A DNA stretch of 41,223 bases from an uncultured Candidatus Saccharibacteria bacterium (GCA_964356875.1 CAYHIX010000001.1:1-41223), one strand, 5' to 3'. Counted from the stretch's first letter, positions 1-9,567 are shown. The notes: generated by a model not told the origin, from the letters alone. Program-made: numbers and translations.

Positions 1-80
1 TACGTCAATACTCGGTATGCATCGATGACAAAAGGCCTACTGTCTATGCCTTGCATCCCCATTGATTTTTCAAAGTCCAT
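1..80 (-). CDS. N-terminal fragment of an unidentified CDS continuing past the window edge
   Basis: Minus-strand ATG at 80..78 (MDFEKSMGMQGIDSRPFVIDAYRVLT...). Open to position 1 and 20 nt downstream of the smpB stop. Too short to classify. Confidence 0.25.
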   Translation of the reverse strand, partial: MDFEKSMGMQGIDSRPFVIDAYRVLT

Positions 81-100
81 ATTACCACTAGGTAGGTATC

Positions 101-556
101 TTATCTTTTAAACTCACGCCTGATCTCTATATCAGTTTCGCGTTTTTTTATACTTTGACGTTTGTCAGTCTTCTTCTTTCCCTTACCTAGAGCTATGTCT
201 AATTTGATTTTTCTATCTTTATTATACACTGAAAGTGGGATTATCGTCAAGCTAGTCTTTTCATTTTTTGCTAGTTCTTTGATCTCTTTTTTGGTTAAAA
301 GTAGCTTTCTATTACGTAGAGGGTCGTAGTCTTTTGCGGCATTTTTTATTTGATATGGAGGTATGTTTGAGTTTATTAAGAAAGCTTCGCCACCACGGAT
401 TATGATGAAAGATCCATTTAAAGACATGCGTCCACCACGCACTGATTTTACTTCAGTTCCGAGGAGTTCTATGCCCGCTGTGTATTTTTCTAATATCTCA
501 TAATCAAAGCGAGCTTTTCTGTTTTCTGCATAACTAGCCATACCCAATCTTAGCAT
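101..556 (-). CDS. smpB: SsrA (tmRNA)-binding protein SmpB
   Basis: 151-aa ORF with NRKARFDYEI, GIELLGTEVKS and a basic C-terminal tail typical of SmpB. ATG at 541 (MASYAENRKA) is an equally plausible start. Confidence 0.9.
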   Translation of the reverse strand: MLRLGMASYAENRKARFDYEILEKYTAGIELLGTEVKSVRGGRMSLNGSFIIIRGGEAFLINSNIPPYQIKNAAKDYDPLRNRKLLLTKKEIKELAKNEKTSLTIIPLSVYNKDRKIKLDIALGKGKKKTDKRQSIKKRETDIEIRREFKR

Positions 557-605
557 ATATTTTATAAGTTTCAGTGTTTTTATCCTTGGTTTTTTGTGTT
601 TTTTG

Positions 606-614
606 TGTTAATCT
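606..614 (+). promoter_or_regulatory. Extended -10 (TGtTAATCT), 6 nt upstream of the ftsH ATG
   Basis: TG-n-TAATCT at 606..614, ATG at 621, no Shine-Dalgarno in between. Confidence 0.5.
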
Positions 615-620
615 CTATAC

Positions 621-2543
621 ATGGATTTTAGCTTTTTTCGTAAAAAATTAAGCCCAAATGGTACAGGTAAGGGCGATAAAAAAGAAACAAAACTCTCGAC
701 CAGCATTGTAGGCGCTTTGGTTGTTTTTATGCTCATCACAGCTGCTTATATTGTTATTTCTGGAGACGGCAAGACAACTCCCGAAGTTTCTATCTCTGAT
801 TTGGCCAAGAGCGTAGTAGCAGGTGAAGTGAGGCAGATCGTTGTCTCAGGAGACAGTCTATCTATCACTTACACGAACGATGAAGTTAAAAAATCTAAAA
901 AAGAAGTCGGCTCTTCTTTGTCACAAACTTTATTCAATTACGGAGTGACACCAGAAGCACTAAGTAGTACTCAAATACAAATAAAAAATGAAAATGGATT
1001 TTCATTTTGGCTTTTAAATATTCTGCCATTTTTGCTACCTATTTTATTTATTGTAGTTTTCTTTTGGTATATCTCAAGACAAGTAAAAGGTGCAGGCATG
1101 CAAGCCATGACATTTGGGCAATCCAAAGCTCGCATCACTGATCCAAATGATCAAAATAGCAGAGTTACTTTCAAAGATGTAGCAGGATGTAAAGAAGCCA
1201 AAGAAGAACTCAAAGAAATAGTGGACTTTTTAAAGAGCCCAAAGAAATTCTTAGATATCGGAGCTAGGATTCCAAAGGGAGTCATACTTACTGGTTCTCC
1301 AGGAACAGGTAAGACATTGCTTGCTCGTGCAGTAGCAGGGGAAGCCTCTGTGCCATTCTTCCACTTATCTGGTAGTGAATTTGTAGAGATGTTTGTAGGT
1401 GTGGGAGCTTCTCGAGTTCGAGACCTTTTCAAGATGGCTAAGAATGCAGCACCAGCTATAATATTCGTAGATGAAATAGACGCTATTGGGCGGACTCGCG
1501 GTGGAGGATTTGGAGGTGGGAATGATGAACGAGAACAAACTTTAAACCAAATATTAGTAGAAATGGATGGATTTGAACCAAACGATAAGGTGATAGTGAT
1601 GGCAGCTACGAACAGAGCTGATGTTCTTGACCCAGCACTTATTCGCCCAGGACGTTTTGATCGTAAAGTCATACTCGACTTACCTGACCGTGCTGACCGT
1701 GAAGCAATACTAGAGATCCATTCTAAGAAGAAACCACTCGCCGAAGATATCAATTTGAAATTAATTGCAGAAAGAACTCCAGGATTTTCTGGCGCAGATC
1801 TTTACTCTCTAATGAACGAAGGGGCGATACTCGCAGCTCGTGAAAACAGGAAAAAGGTTTTCCAGTTTGACCTCATTCGTGCGATAGAAAAAGTGATGCT
1901 TGGCCCCGAGAGGAAAAGTCATCTACTTTCCAAAAAAGAAAAAGAAATCACTGCTTATCATGAAGCGGGGCATGCACTCGTAGCTTCTGTTTTGCCAAAT
2001 GCTGATCCAGTGCACAAAGTTTCCATCATTGCCAGGGGTAGAGCGGGCGGGTATACATTAAAACTTCCGCTCGAAGATCGTAAGCTACAATCTAAAAAAG
2101 AATTCATAGATGATATAGCTATGGCTCTTGGTGGTTATGCTGCTGAAGAGATGGTTTTTGGAGATATTACGACAGGTCCTTCAAGTGATCTAGAAACAGC
2201 TACAAACTTGGCTCGAGCTATGGTCACCAGATGGGGTATGTCCGATGTCATAGGCCCAGTAACCCTGGGAGGCGGCAATAAAACAATATATGGAGATACG
2301 GCCGAACGAGAATACTCTGAAAATATTTCTACAAAAGTAGATGCTGAAGTATCAAGGATCATAAACGATGGTCTAGAGAGTGCGCGTAAAGTGTTAACAG
2401 AGCATAAGAAAGCTTTTGATGCTATTGCTGCAAAGCTCGTAGAAGTAGAGAGTCTAGAGCAGGACGAATACGAGAAAATTTTGACAGCGCACGGAATTGT
2501 GCTAAAAAAGAAAGAGGAGATTGATCAAATAATCCGCCCTTAG
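621..2543 (+). CDS. ftsH: ATP-dependent zinc metalloprotease FtsH
   Basis: 640 aa with two N-terminal TM segments, Walker A GSPGTGKT, Walker B IIFVDEID, second region of homology and the zinc motif HEAGHA. Confidence 0.97.
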   Translation: MDFSFFRKKLSPNGTGKGDKKETKLSTSIVGALVVFMLITAAYIVISGDGKTTPEVSISDLAKSVVAGEVRQIVVSGDSLSITYTNDEVKKSKKEVGSSLSQTLFNYGVTPEALSSTQIQIKNENGFSFWLLNILPFLLPILFIVVFFWYISRQVKGAGMQAMTFGQSKARITDPNDQNSRVTFKDVAGCKEAKEELKEIVDFLKSPKKFLDIGARIPKGVILTGSPGTGKTLLARAVAGEASVPFFHLSGSEFVEMFVGVGASRVRDLFKMAKNAAPAIIFVDEIDAIGRTRGGGFGGGNDEREQTLNQILVEMDGFEPNDKVIVMAATNRADVLDPALIRPGRFDRKVILDLPDRADREAILEIHSKKKPLAEDINLKLIAERTPGFSGADLYSLMNEGAILAARENRKKVFQFDLIRAIEKVMLGPERKSHLLSKKEKEITAYHEAGHALVASVLPNADPVHKVSIIARGRAGGYTLKLPLEDRKLQSKKEFIDDIAMALGGYAAEEMVFGDITTGPSSDLETATNLARAMVTRWGMSDVIGPVTLGGGNKTIYGDTAEREYSENISTKVDAEVSRIINDGLESARKVLTEHKKAFDAIAAKLVEVESLEQDEYEKILTAHGIVLKKKEEIDQIIRP

Positions 2544-2607
2544 CTCAGTTGGTTAGAGCACAGAGCTTATACCTCTGGGGTCCTTGGTTCGAATCCAAGA
2601 GGGCGGA
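2534..2607 (+). tRNA. tRNA-Ile, anticodon UAU
   Basis: Hand-folded cloverleaf: acceptor CCGCCCT/AGGGCGG, U8, D arm GCTC-AGTTGGTTA-GAGC, anticodon arm CAGAG-CTTATAC-CTCTG, T arm CTTGG-TTCGAAT-CCAAG, discriminator A. No encoded CCA. The first 10 nt overlap the end of ftsH. Confidence 0.85.
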
Positions 2608-2636
2608 CAATTTTAAGAAAAAAATATACGGTTTTT

Positions 2637-2660
2637 AATGGGTCTAATACCATTTTTTTT
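2637..2660 (+). terminator. Weak intrinsic terminator after ftsH and tRNA-Ile
   Basis: AATGG-loop-CCATT followed by a T8 run. Confidence 0.4.
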
Positions 2661-2741
2661 GACAACTAATTTTCCATGTTTCCTTCTGTGATTTTTAACC
2701 AAAAAAGGGTGGTTATCCACACTTTTTTGAGGTCATTTTCA

Positions 2742-2749
2742 TGTATAAT
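2742..2749 (+). promoter_or_regulatory. -10 element TATAAT (preceded by TG), 8 nt upstream of ATG 2758
   Basis: TATAAT at 2744..2749. A TTGACA hexamer at about 2661 is too far away to be its -35. Confidence 0.45.
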
Positions 2750-2757
2750 AGTTTGAC

Positions 2758-3315
2758 ATGATGAGCCAAGAAAAAAAATCTTTTCTGTTCGATCCAAAAT
2801 TCCTTATAGGACTTTTTTTGTCTCTCCTCATCCGCTTAATTCCGTTTCGTGCACCGAACGTAGAGCCGATACTCGCTACGGCGATGCCCTTCGGTAAATA
2901 TTTTGGACCACTCGCTTCTTTTTCTTTCGCAGTTCTAAGTATTTTGATATACGATCTTGCTACAAACACACTCGCGGTGCATACATTTTTTACAGCTAGC
3001 TCTTACGGACTCATAGGTTTCTGGGCTGGGCATTATTTTAAACAAAAAGAAGGCAGACCTTTGGAATACGTCCGTTTTGCGATCTATTCCACACTTGTTT
3101 TTGATGCTTTGACTGGGTTAACCACTGGCCCACTATTTTATAATCAATCATTTTTAAGTGCGCTTTCGGGGCAAATACCTTTTACTATTCTGCATCTCCT
3201 GGGAAATATAACTCTGGCATTCATTTTATCTCCCGCCATATATAAGATGCTCTATAAGAAAAAGAAAAAAGAAAATCTATCATCCATTAAAATTCTTAAC
3301 CCTAAAACAATTTAA
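2758..3315 (+). CDS. Small 6-TM membrane protein resembling an ECF-type S component (substrate unknown; corrinoid suggested by context only)
   Basis: 185 aa, very hydrophobic. The N-terminal motif RLIPFRAPNVEPILA resembles, from memory, the RLxPHxPNFxP signature of an S-component-like family (DUF6580 / folate-family S component). The stop is 5 nt before nrdJ. Confidence 0.6.
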   Translation: MMSQEKKSFLFDPKFLIGLFLSLLIRLIPFRAPNVEPILATAMPFGKYFGPLASFSFAVLSILIYDLATNTLAVHTFFTASSYGLIGFWAGHYFKQKEGRPLEYVRFAIYSTLVFDALTGLTTGPLFYNQSFLSALSGQIPFTILHLLGNITLAFILSPAIYKMLYKKKKKENLSSIKILNPKTI

Positions 3316-3320
3316 ATCAT

Positions 3321-5636
3321 ATGAAAACCAAATCAAAATCCAACACAAATACATTAAAATTATCAAAGAGCGAACTTGCAAAAATAAAAACTATCCGTAA
3401 GCGAGGGGGAGAAGTTGCCCCATTTGATTTAGGGATTATTGTGGGTGCCGTAGAGAAAGCATTTGAGGTGACAAAAGAAGGTGGTGAGCAAGAGTCGTAT
3501 AAAGTAGCAAATAGCGTTTTTAAAAATCTTTTAGACCTCAAAACTAAACTCACTACTGAACACAAAGGTTCAACATTTCTGCCAACAGTTGAGATCGTGC
3601 AAGATTTCGTAGAGCAAGAACTTATGAAGTTGAATTTTACTGAGACTGCTAAAAAATATATTTTATATCGAAACAAGCGTTCCGAGCTGCGAGCCCAGTT
3701 TGGTCCAGTTCCAGAAGCAGTGCGCCAAGCAGTAGAGGAGTCTAGTAAATATTTCTCTAGTCCATATTCTGAGTACATCTTCTACCAGTTTTATTCTAGG
3801 TGGATCCCAGAGCTTGGTCGCCGCGAGACATGGATAGAGACGATTAATCGCTACATGGACTACATGAAAGAAAATCTTGGCAATAAACTTACAGCTAAAG
3901 AATATGAAGACGTCCGCACGGCCATCATTAATCAAGACATTTGTCCTTCTATGAGGCTTCTCTGGTCTGCTGGTAAAGCATGCCGTCAATCAAACGTATG
4001 GGCTTATAACTGTTCATATATTGCTCCTACATGCACACAGGACCTTGGGGAGATCATGTATGTGTCTATGTGCGGGGCAGGATTGGGGTTTGCTGTAGAG
4101 TGGGAGAATGTTCAGAAATTTCCACAGATTAAAAAGCAAATCACAGGTAAAGCGCCTACTCATGTAGTAGTAGATAGTAAAGAAGGTTGGGCTGATGCGT
4201 TTGTCAAAGGACTCGACGCTTGGTTTGATGGTAAAGACATGAAGTTTGATTATAGTCTGATCCGTCCAGCAGGTGCGAGACTACAGACAGCAGGAGGAAA
4301 AGCTTCTGGTCCACAACCACTTATGGATTTGATGGATTTCGCAAAAAGAAAAATCCTTGCTAAGCAAGGTCGCCGACTTTCCAATCTCGACATGCATGAC
4401 CTCATCTGTCAGATAGGTCTTATCGTCGTCGCAGGTGGTGTACGCCGCAGTGCTCTTATCTCTCTTTCAGAACTCGAAGACACAGAGATGCGTGATGCAA
4501 AGAAAGGACAATTTTATCTTACAGAAGGGCAGAGAGCTATGGCAAATAATTCTGCAGTGTACAATGCAAAGCCAAGCGCTGAAGAATTCCTAGATGAATG
4601 GACTGCACTTGTAAAATCAAAATCAGGAGAGCGAGGAATATTTAATAGAGCAGGCCTCGAGAAACAACTTCCAGCACGAAGATGGGATGCGATAAAAGAC
4701 GAAAGACAAATAGGGCTCAACCCATGTGGAGAAATTTATTTAAGATCAAAGCAATTCTGTAATTTGACTAGTATCGTTATCCGTCCAACCGACACAGCTC
4801 AAACACTAAAGAGAAAGATAGAGCTTGCGACACTTCTCGGCACATATCAGTCAACACTCACAAACTTCGGCTACCTTTCAAAGAAATGGAAAGAGAATTG
4901 TGATGCAGAGAGATTACTCGGTGTCTCACTTACAGGATATTATGATAACCCAATAGTACGAGAAGATAAAATCCTCGATATGATGAAAGCGCACGCAGTA
5001 GAAGTAAACAAAAAATACGCAAAGAAGTTTGGCATCAATCAATCTACAGCTATCACTTGCGTAAAGCCTCATGGGAACTCAGGGCAGCTCCTCGGTGTCG
5101 GATCTGGTATGCACCCTTGGTATGCTCCTTACTTTGTTCGTCGAGTTCGTATCTCACATACTGATACACTTCTACAGATGGCTCGCGATCAAGGAGTACC
5201 ATGTGTACCAGAGGTTGGGCAAGCTGAAGACACAGCTACAACATTTGTATTAGAGTTCCCAGTAAAAGCACCAAAAGGTGCAATATTCAAAGACGAAGTA
5301 TCTGCACTCGAACTTATGAAAGAATGGAAGAGACTCAAGGAGCATTTCGTGGAACACAATCCATCTGCAACTATTTATGTAGGACCAGATGAATGGATCG
5401 CAGTAGGAAACTTCGTATATGAGAACTGGGATTTCGTCGGTGGTATGTCCTTCCTCCCACGTTCTGAACACGTATACCAGCTCGCTCCATATGAAGAGAT
5501 AACAAAAGAAGAATATGAAAAGCGCTCAAAAGCTATCGGCAAGATCGACTTCTCTAAACTTTCTCAATACGAAAATGTAGACAATACCATAGGTGCAAAA
5601 GAGTTTGCATGTGTGTCAGGAGTTTGTGAAATCTAA
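3321..5636 (+). CDS. nrdJ: Adenosylcobalamin-dependent (class II) ribonucleotide reductase
   Basis: 771 aa with an N-terminal ATP-cone-like segment (KRGGEVAPFD...KKYILYRNKR), the active-site strand NPCGEI and a C-terminal Cys pair CVSGVC. Overall resemblance to monomeric/dimeric class II RNRs. Confidence 0.88.
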   Translation: MKTKSKSNTNTLKLSKSELAKIKTIRKRGGEVAPFDLGIIVGAVEKAFEVTKEGGEQESYKVANSVFKNLLDLKTKLTTEHKGSTFLPTVEIVQDFVEQELMKLNFTETAKKYILYRNKRSELRAQFGPVPEAVRQAVEESSKYFSSPYSEYIFYQFYSRWIPELGRRETWIETINRYMDYMKENLGNKLTAKEYEDVRTAIINQDICPSMRLLWSAGKACRQSNVWAYNCSYIAPTCTQDLGEIMYVSMCGAGLGFAVEWENVQKFPQIKKQITGKAPTHVVVDSKEGWADAFVKGLDAWFDGKDMKFDYSLIRPAGARLQTAGGKASGPQPLMDLMDFAKRKILAKQGRRLSNLDMHDLICQIGLIVVAGGVRRSALISLSELEDTEMRDAKKGQFYLTEGQRAMANNSAVYNAKPSAEEFLDEWTALVKSKSGERGIFNRAGLEKQLPARRWDAIKDERQIGLNPCGEIYLRSKQFCNLTSIVIRPTDTAQTLKRKIELATLLGTYQSTLTNFGYLSKKWKENCDAERLLGVSLTGYYDNPIVREDKILDMMKAHAVEVNKKYAKKFGINQSTAITCVKPHGNSGQLLGVGSGMHPWYAPYFVRRVRISHTDTLLQMARDQGVPCVPEVGQAEDTATTFVLEFPVKAPKGAIFKDEVSALELMKEWKRLKEHFVEHNPSATIYVGPDEWIAVGNFVYENWDFVGGMSFLPRSEHVYQLAPYEEITKEEYEKRSKAIGKIDFSKLSQYENVDNTIGAKEFACVSGVCEI

Positions 5637-5769
5637 AAAACTTTGTAAATCAAACTTTTCTTGGCATAACTTTTTATAAAGCAATCTATCTGGGCTTGGT
5701 AGCCCAGCGAACTGCTCGGCGCGTCCGCCTGCGCAAGGCTTTCTAAAAAGTACGCCTGCGAAAAGTTTA

Positions 5770-5778
5770 TGATAAAAT
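5770..5778 (+). promoter_or_regulatory. Extended -10 (TGaTAAAAT), 6 nt upstream of ATG 5785
   Basis: Read directly from the sequence. Confidence 0.45.
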
Positions 5779-5784
5779 AAATAT

Positions 5785-6351
5785 ATGTTATACACAAGAA
5801 AAGGAGATGATGGTACTACAAAAACATTTGGTTGCGACCAAAGGGTATCTAAGAGCTCGCTTGTCGCCGAAGCTCTCGGCACATTAGATGAAGTTAATTC
5901 TTTTTTGGGTTTTGTTCGCGCCAAGGCGGCTGCCACAGGTTTTGAATGTGATGATCCTGTTAATCCTCGGATGCAGTATGCGGATGTGGTGCTAGAGGTT
6001 CAACAAAACCTTTTTATCGTACAAGCACAGGTGGCTGGGGCAGATAAAAAGATAACTGAAGATAAAATAAAAAGAATAGAAAGTATAACCGACAGCATCG
6101 AAAGAGTTTTACCTAAAATAAGTAGTTTTTTCATATCTGGGGCGACAGAGCTCGGAGGGGCTTTTGACTTTGCTCGCACCCTAGCACGCCGAGCCGAGAG
6201 GCGAGTAGTGGCGGTGAAAGAAGAAGGAAAAACAGAAATAGAACCAAATACACTACAATACTTAAATAGACTTTCAAGTTTGCTTTACGCACTAGCACGC
6301 ATTTCTAGCCGTGTCGGTGGACATGAAGAAATAATTCCAGATTATAAATAA
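5785..6351 (+). CDS. ATP:cob(I)alamin adenosyltransferase, PduO/MMAB type
   Basis: 188 aa. N-terminal YTRKGDDGTT matches the YTxxGDxGxT signature, followed by LGTLDEVNSFLG and a helical-bundle C-terminal part. Confidence 0.88.
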   Translation: MLYTRKGDDGTTKTFGCDQRVSKSSLVAEALGTLDEVNSFLGFVRAKAAATGFECDDPVNPRMQYADVVLEVQQNLFIVQAQVAGADKKITEDKIKRIESITDSIERVLPKISSFFISGATELGGAFDFARTLARRAERRVVAVKEEGKTEIEPNTLQYLNRLSSLLYALARISSRVGGHEEIIPDYK

Positions 6352-6354
6352 ATT

Positions 6355-6741
6355 ATGGATATAAAATTTAATGAAATAAAAAGCCAAGAACAATTTTTAG
6401 AAATATTCAAAGGTCTATGTGACATTGCTGAAATAGCATTCAATAAGTTTGAGGAAAATTGTTCTGACCCCAAACCAGAAGAGAAGCGACTGGTTTCTAG
6501 AAATATTAAATACTTAATAAGTATTACTTTAGTTATCATGGGAATGAGGGGCGATTATATAGTGTTCCGGGATCATAAAGTTTTGAGTGGGTTTTCTGTG
6601 GAGGTAGATGGTATCGTATACGACCAGTCCTATCTATATAAAATGAATGATTATTTTGAAACGAGGCTGACTAGGGCACTGGAAATTCTGCAAAAAGTAG
6701 ACCCAGAAAAATATAAGGAGTTTACAAATTTTTTGTCATAA
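6355..6741 (+). CDS. Hypothetical protein
   Basis: 128-aa ORF starting 3 nt after the adenosyltransferase gene. No recognisable motif. Confidence 0.55.
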   Translation: MDIKFNEIKSQEQFLEIFKGLCDIAEIAFNKFEENCSDPKPEEKRLVSRNIKYLISITLVIMGMRGDYIVFRDHKVLSGFSVEVDGIVYDQSYLYKMNDYFETRLTRALEILQKVDPEKYKEFTNFLS

Positions 6742-6836
6742 TTCTTAATTGCGTTAGGTAAGATCTAACATAACAACACAACTATGTTAACAAAGAGCTT
6801 GTGATTATTTAACGAAAAGTATATTATTTTATTGTT

Positions 6837-7298
6837 ATGTATTTCTGGAAGATAGAAAATCTAAAAAAAGATTTAATAAAGGGATCACTTTCTGAAAATG
6901 AATCCTTTATGTATTTAATGGCAACATTAATTATATATGGTTTTAGCACTATTCCTTTACTCGACAGTACTATGTGGGATGTGTACGCAGGCTTAGTAGG
7001 ATTTGTCTTGCAAATTATTGGTGCCTATTATGTTTATAAGTGCAATAAGGGATCTAGCGGTAATAATTTTTTACAGAAATATTTATCTATAGGTTGGGTT
7101 TTAGGTATTAGATGGTTGATAATGGTGTTGATACCTTTTGTTGCTGTGTATATTGTTTGTGGTTGGTTAGCTGCAGTCATGTATGATGTTGATATTCTTC
7201 AATATGATTTTCTTAATTTATTTATTTTAAGTTTATTTTCTATATCTTATTATTGGTTGTTTGGTAAACACATGAAAGATGTTGCTAAGCAGGCTTAA
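6837..7298 (+). CDS. Hypothetical integral membrane protein
   Basis: 153-aa ORF with about 4 hydrophobic segments. Confidence 0.6.
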   Translation: MYFWKIENLKKDLIKGSLSENESFMYLMATLIIYGFSTIPLLDSTMWDVYAGLVGFVLQIIGAYYVYKCNKGSSGNNFLQKYLSIGWVLGIRWLIMVLIPFVAVYIVCGWLAAVMYDVDILQYDFLNLFILSLFSISYYWLFGKHMKDVAKQA

Positions 7299-7318
7299 AT
7301 AATTTTACATTTTTTATT

Positions 7319-9508
7319 TTACTCAAAATGAAACTCTTTGGTTTTTTCTTTTACCTTTTGTTTGAGTAAGGGGTATTTTGAAAGTTCAGGATCTTTTTCT
7401 ATTATTTTTATAGCTTCTTCTCGAGCAGCGGAGACCATTTTGATATTCTTTATTGCTTCCATGCCGAGGTCGGTGATGCCCCATTGTTTCGTTCCCGTGA
7501 GTCCACCGGCGCCACGGAGCGAGAGGTCGAGTTCGGAGAGTTCAAAGCCATTCTTTGCGGTTTTGAGGGCCTTTAATCTATCCATAGTTTTCTGACTTTT
7601 AGCTTCAGCAAAGATATAGCAATATGCCTGGTGCGAGCTTCGGATGACGCGTCCACGGAGTTGGTGGAGTTGGGCGAGTCCAAAGCGTTCTGCGCCTTCG
7701 ATGATGATATTTGTGGCATTTGGCACGTTGACACCGACTTCTATAACTGACGTCGCACAAAGAATTTGTATTTCATTATTTGTAAATTGTTCCATGACAT
7801 GTTCTTTTTGTTCTTTTGTCATTTTGCTATGGAGTACACCTATCTCGTATTCTTTGAATACATCTTTTTTTAATCGTTTCGCTTCTTCGATAGCAGACTT
7901 TACATTGAGAGCGAGCTCTTTATCTGGATCTGGTTCGGCAATCCTCGGACAGATCACGTATAGCTGTCTACCTGCTTTCATTTCTGTACGGATTTTCTCA
8001 TAAGTTTCTTCACGTTTATGTGGAGTTATAATTTCTGTGATTATTTTTTTTCTTCCACTTGGCATCTCGTCGAGCAGAGATAAATCCAAGTCTCCGTAGA
8101 TCGTGAGCGCAAGTGTGCGAGGTATCGGTGTCGCCGTCATAGAGAGGAGATGTGGAGCGATGTTGTCCTTACGAACCAGATTCTTTCTCTGAGCCGTACC
8201 AAACCTGTGTTGTTCGTCGATGACGACAAGGGCTAAATTTTTAAACTTTACACTTTTTTGAATGAGGGCATGCGTACCTATCAATATGGGTATTTCTCCA
8301 TTTGCGACCCATTTTAAAAGCTGGGCGCGAGAAATAGTAGTCCAGCTATTAGGGTTTGTCTTAGAAGGGAATTTACGGCAACCAGAGCCAGTAATGAGTC
8401 CGATCTGAATAGGAAGACCGACTACATTTTGTTTAAAATATTTAATAAAAGATTCGAAATGCTGGGTGGCGAGTATCTCTGTCGGAGCCATATATGCTAC
8501 CTGCAAGTTGCCAAAATTTTGCTTCTGTCCTTTGTCATTTATAGGCCTTTCACTGACTGCCATATAGCTAGCCGTAGCGGCTACAGCGGTCTTGCCCGAG
8601 CCGACATCTCCTTCGAGGAGCCGAGACATAGGGTATGTGCGACGCATATCAGATAATACTGTATCGATAGATTTTTTTTGCGCATCGGTAAGTTCAAAAG
8701 GGAAAGTTCCTAAGAATTTCTTTACTTCTTTGTCAGTAGGATCTATTTGGAATGCTTTATTTTTCCTGTATTCTATCTTGTCATGTTGGCGTTCTAGTTG
8801 GATACAAAAGACTTCTTCGAATGCAAAACGTTTACGCGCACTTTCAGCATCGTCTTTGTTTTTAGGTTTATGGATCCAGACGAGGGAGGTCTTTAGACTC
8901 GGCAAATGGTATTTTTTTAAAATGTCTTCAGGTATGTAATCTATAATATTTTCAATAGTTTTTTCACGGAAGACTTTTTCTATAGCATGATAAAACCATT
9001 TCGAAGTGATACCTCGTGTCTCGGCATAGATTGGATAGGAGAGCCCCATATCAGGTTTATCGCTTTTGGTAAAAAGTGTATCATGTGAATCTATGGGCAT
9101 GTTCACCATCTTTTCTACTTCAGGGTTGGCGAGATAGAGTCCATTTTTACCCTGAGTGACCTTGCCGGTCATTTTTACATTTTCGCCATCCTTGATCATC
9201 TTGGCGAGGTAGGCTTGGTTGAACCAGGTTATTTTGATTTTCCCTGACAAGTCTTCTATCTCACCCTCAGCCATCGGTATGTTTGTCCGAAATGCTTTCT
9301 TGGTTTTTAACTTTGAAACTTTGCCGTAAATGGTGGCTGTGTCGCCAGTGGCAAGGTCTGAGATCTTCATGACGGTGCTGATGTCGCTATAGCGGACAGG
9401 GAAGTAGTTGAGCAAATCAGCCACAGAAAAGATTTTAAGCTTGTGTAAAGCTTTCTTTTGATTGATATCCAGGCGGAATTTTACCTCGAGTTTGTCTGAA
9501 AGTTCCAT
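7319..9508 (-). CDS. recG: ATP-dependent DNA helicase RecG
   Basis: 729 aa with an N-terminal wedge/OB region, helicase motif I GDVGSGKT, motif II DEQHRFG, and QLHQLRGRV. Confidence 0.95.
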   Translation of the reverse strand: MELSDKLEVKFRLDINQKKALHKLKIFSVADLLNYFPVRYSDISTVMKISDLATGDTATIYGKVSKLKTKKAFRTNIPMAEGEIEDLSGKIKITWFNQAYLAKMIKDGENVKMTGKVTQGKNGLYLANPEVEKMVNMPIDSHDTLFTKSDKPDMGLSYPIYAETRGITSKWFYHAIEKVFREKTIENIIDYIPEDILKKYHLPSLKTSLVWIHKPKNKDDAESARKRFAFEEVFCIQLERQHDKIEYRKNKAFQIDPTDKEVKKFLGTFPFELTDAQKKSIDTVLSDMRRTYPMSRLLEGDVGSGKTAVAATASYMAVSERPINDKGQKQNFGNLQVAYMAPTEILATQHFESFIKYFKQNVVGLPIQIGLITGSGCRKFPSKTNPNSWTTISRAQLLKWVANGEIPILIGTHALIQKSVKFKNLALVVIDEQHRFGTAQRKNLVRKDNIAPHLLSMTATPIPRTLALTIYGDLDLSLLDEMPSGRKKIITEIITPHKREETYEKIRTEMKAGRQLYVICPRIAEPDPDKELALNVKSAIEEAKRLKKDVFKEYEIGVLHSKMTKEQKEHVMEQFTNNEIQILCATSVIEVGVNVPNATNIIIEGAERFGLAQLHQLRGRVIRSSHQAYCYIFAEAKSQKTMDRLKALKTAKNGFELSELDLSLRGAGGLTGTKQWGITDLGMEAIKNIKMVSAAREEAIKIIEKDPELSKYPLLKQKVKEKTKEFHFE

Positions 9509-9514
9509 GTATGA

Positions 9515-9523
9515 ATCATAACA
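9515..9523 (-). promoter_or_regulatory. Extended -10 (TGtTATGAT), 6 nt upstream of the recG ATG
   Basis: Minus-strand reading of 9523..9515; ATG at 9508. Confidence 0.45.
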
Positions 9524-9567
9524 GAAAATTTGAATTTTTAGTAAAAAATGCTATATTTTCATTACAT

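Noticed and set aside
1151-1753. 200-aa antisense ORF inside ftsH. Similar antisense or alternate-frame ORFs lie inside nrdJ (3317..3778, 3663..3989), recG (7338..8939, several), the kinase gene (12199..12642), prfB, ftsX, pyrG, the ABC exporter (30705..31223) and the 598-aa gene (37828..39448).
   Set aside because: Each lies wholly within a strongly supported CDS on the other strand or frame. They have low-complexity Ser/Pro/Arg-rich or otherwise non-protein-like translations and no start signals.
2608-2757. Looked for a second cobalamin riboswitch upstream of the S-component-like gene and nrdJ.
   Set aside because: No GGGAA...GGUAA...B12-box arrangement occurs on either strand. The -10 element lies only 8 nt from the ATG, leaving no room for a leader.
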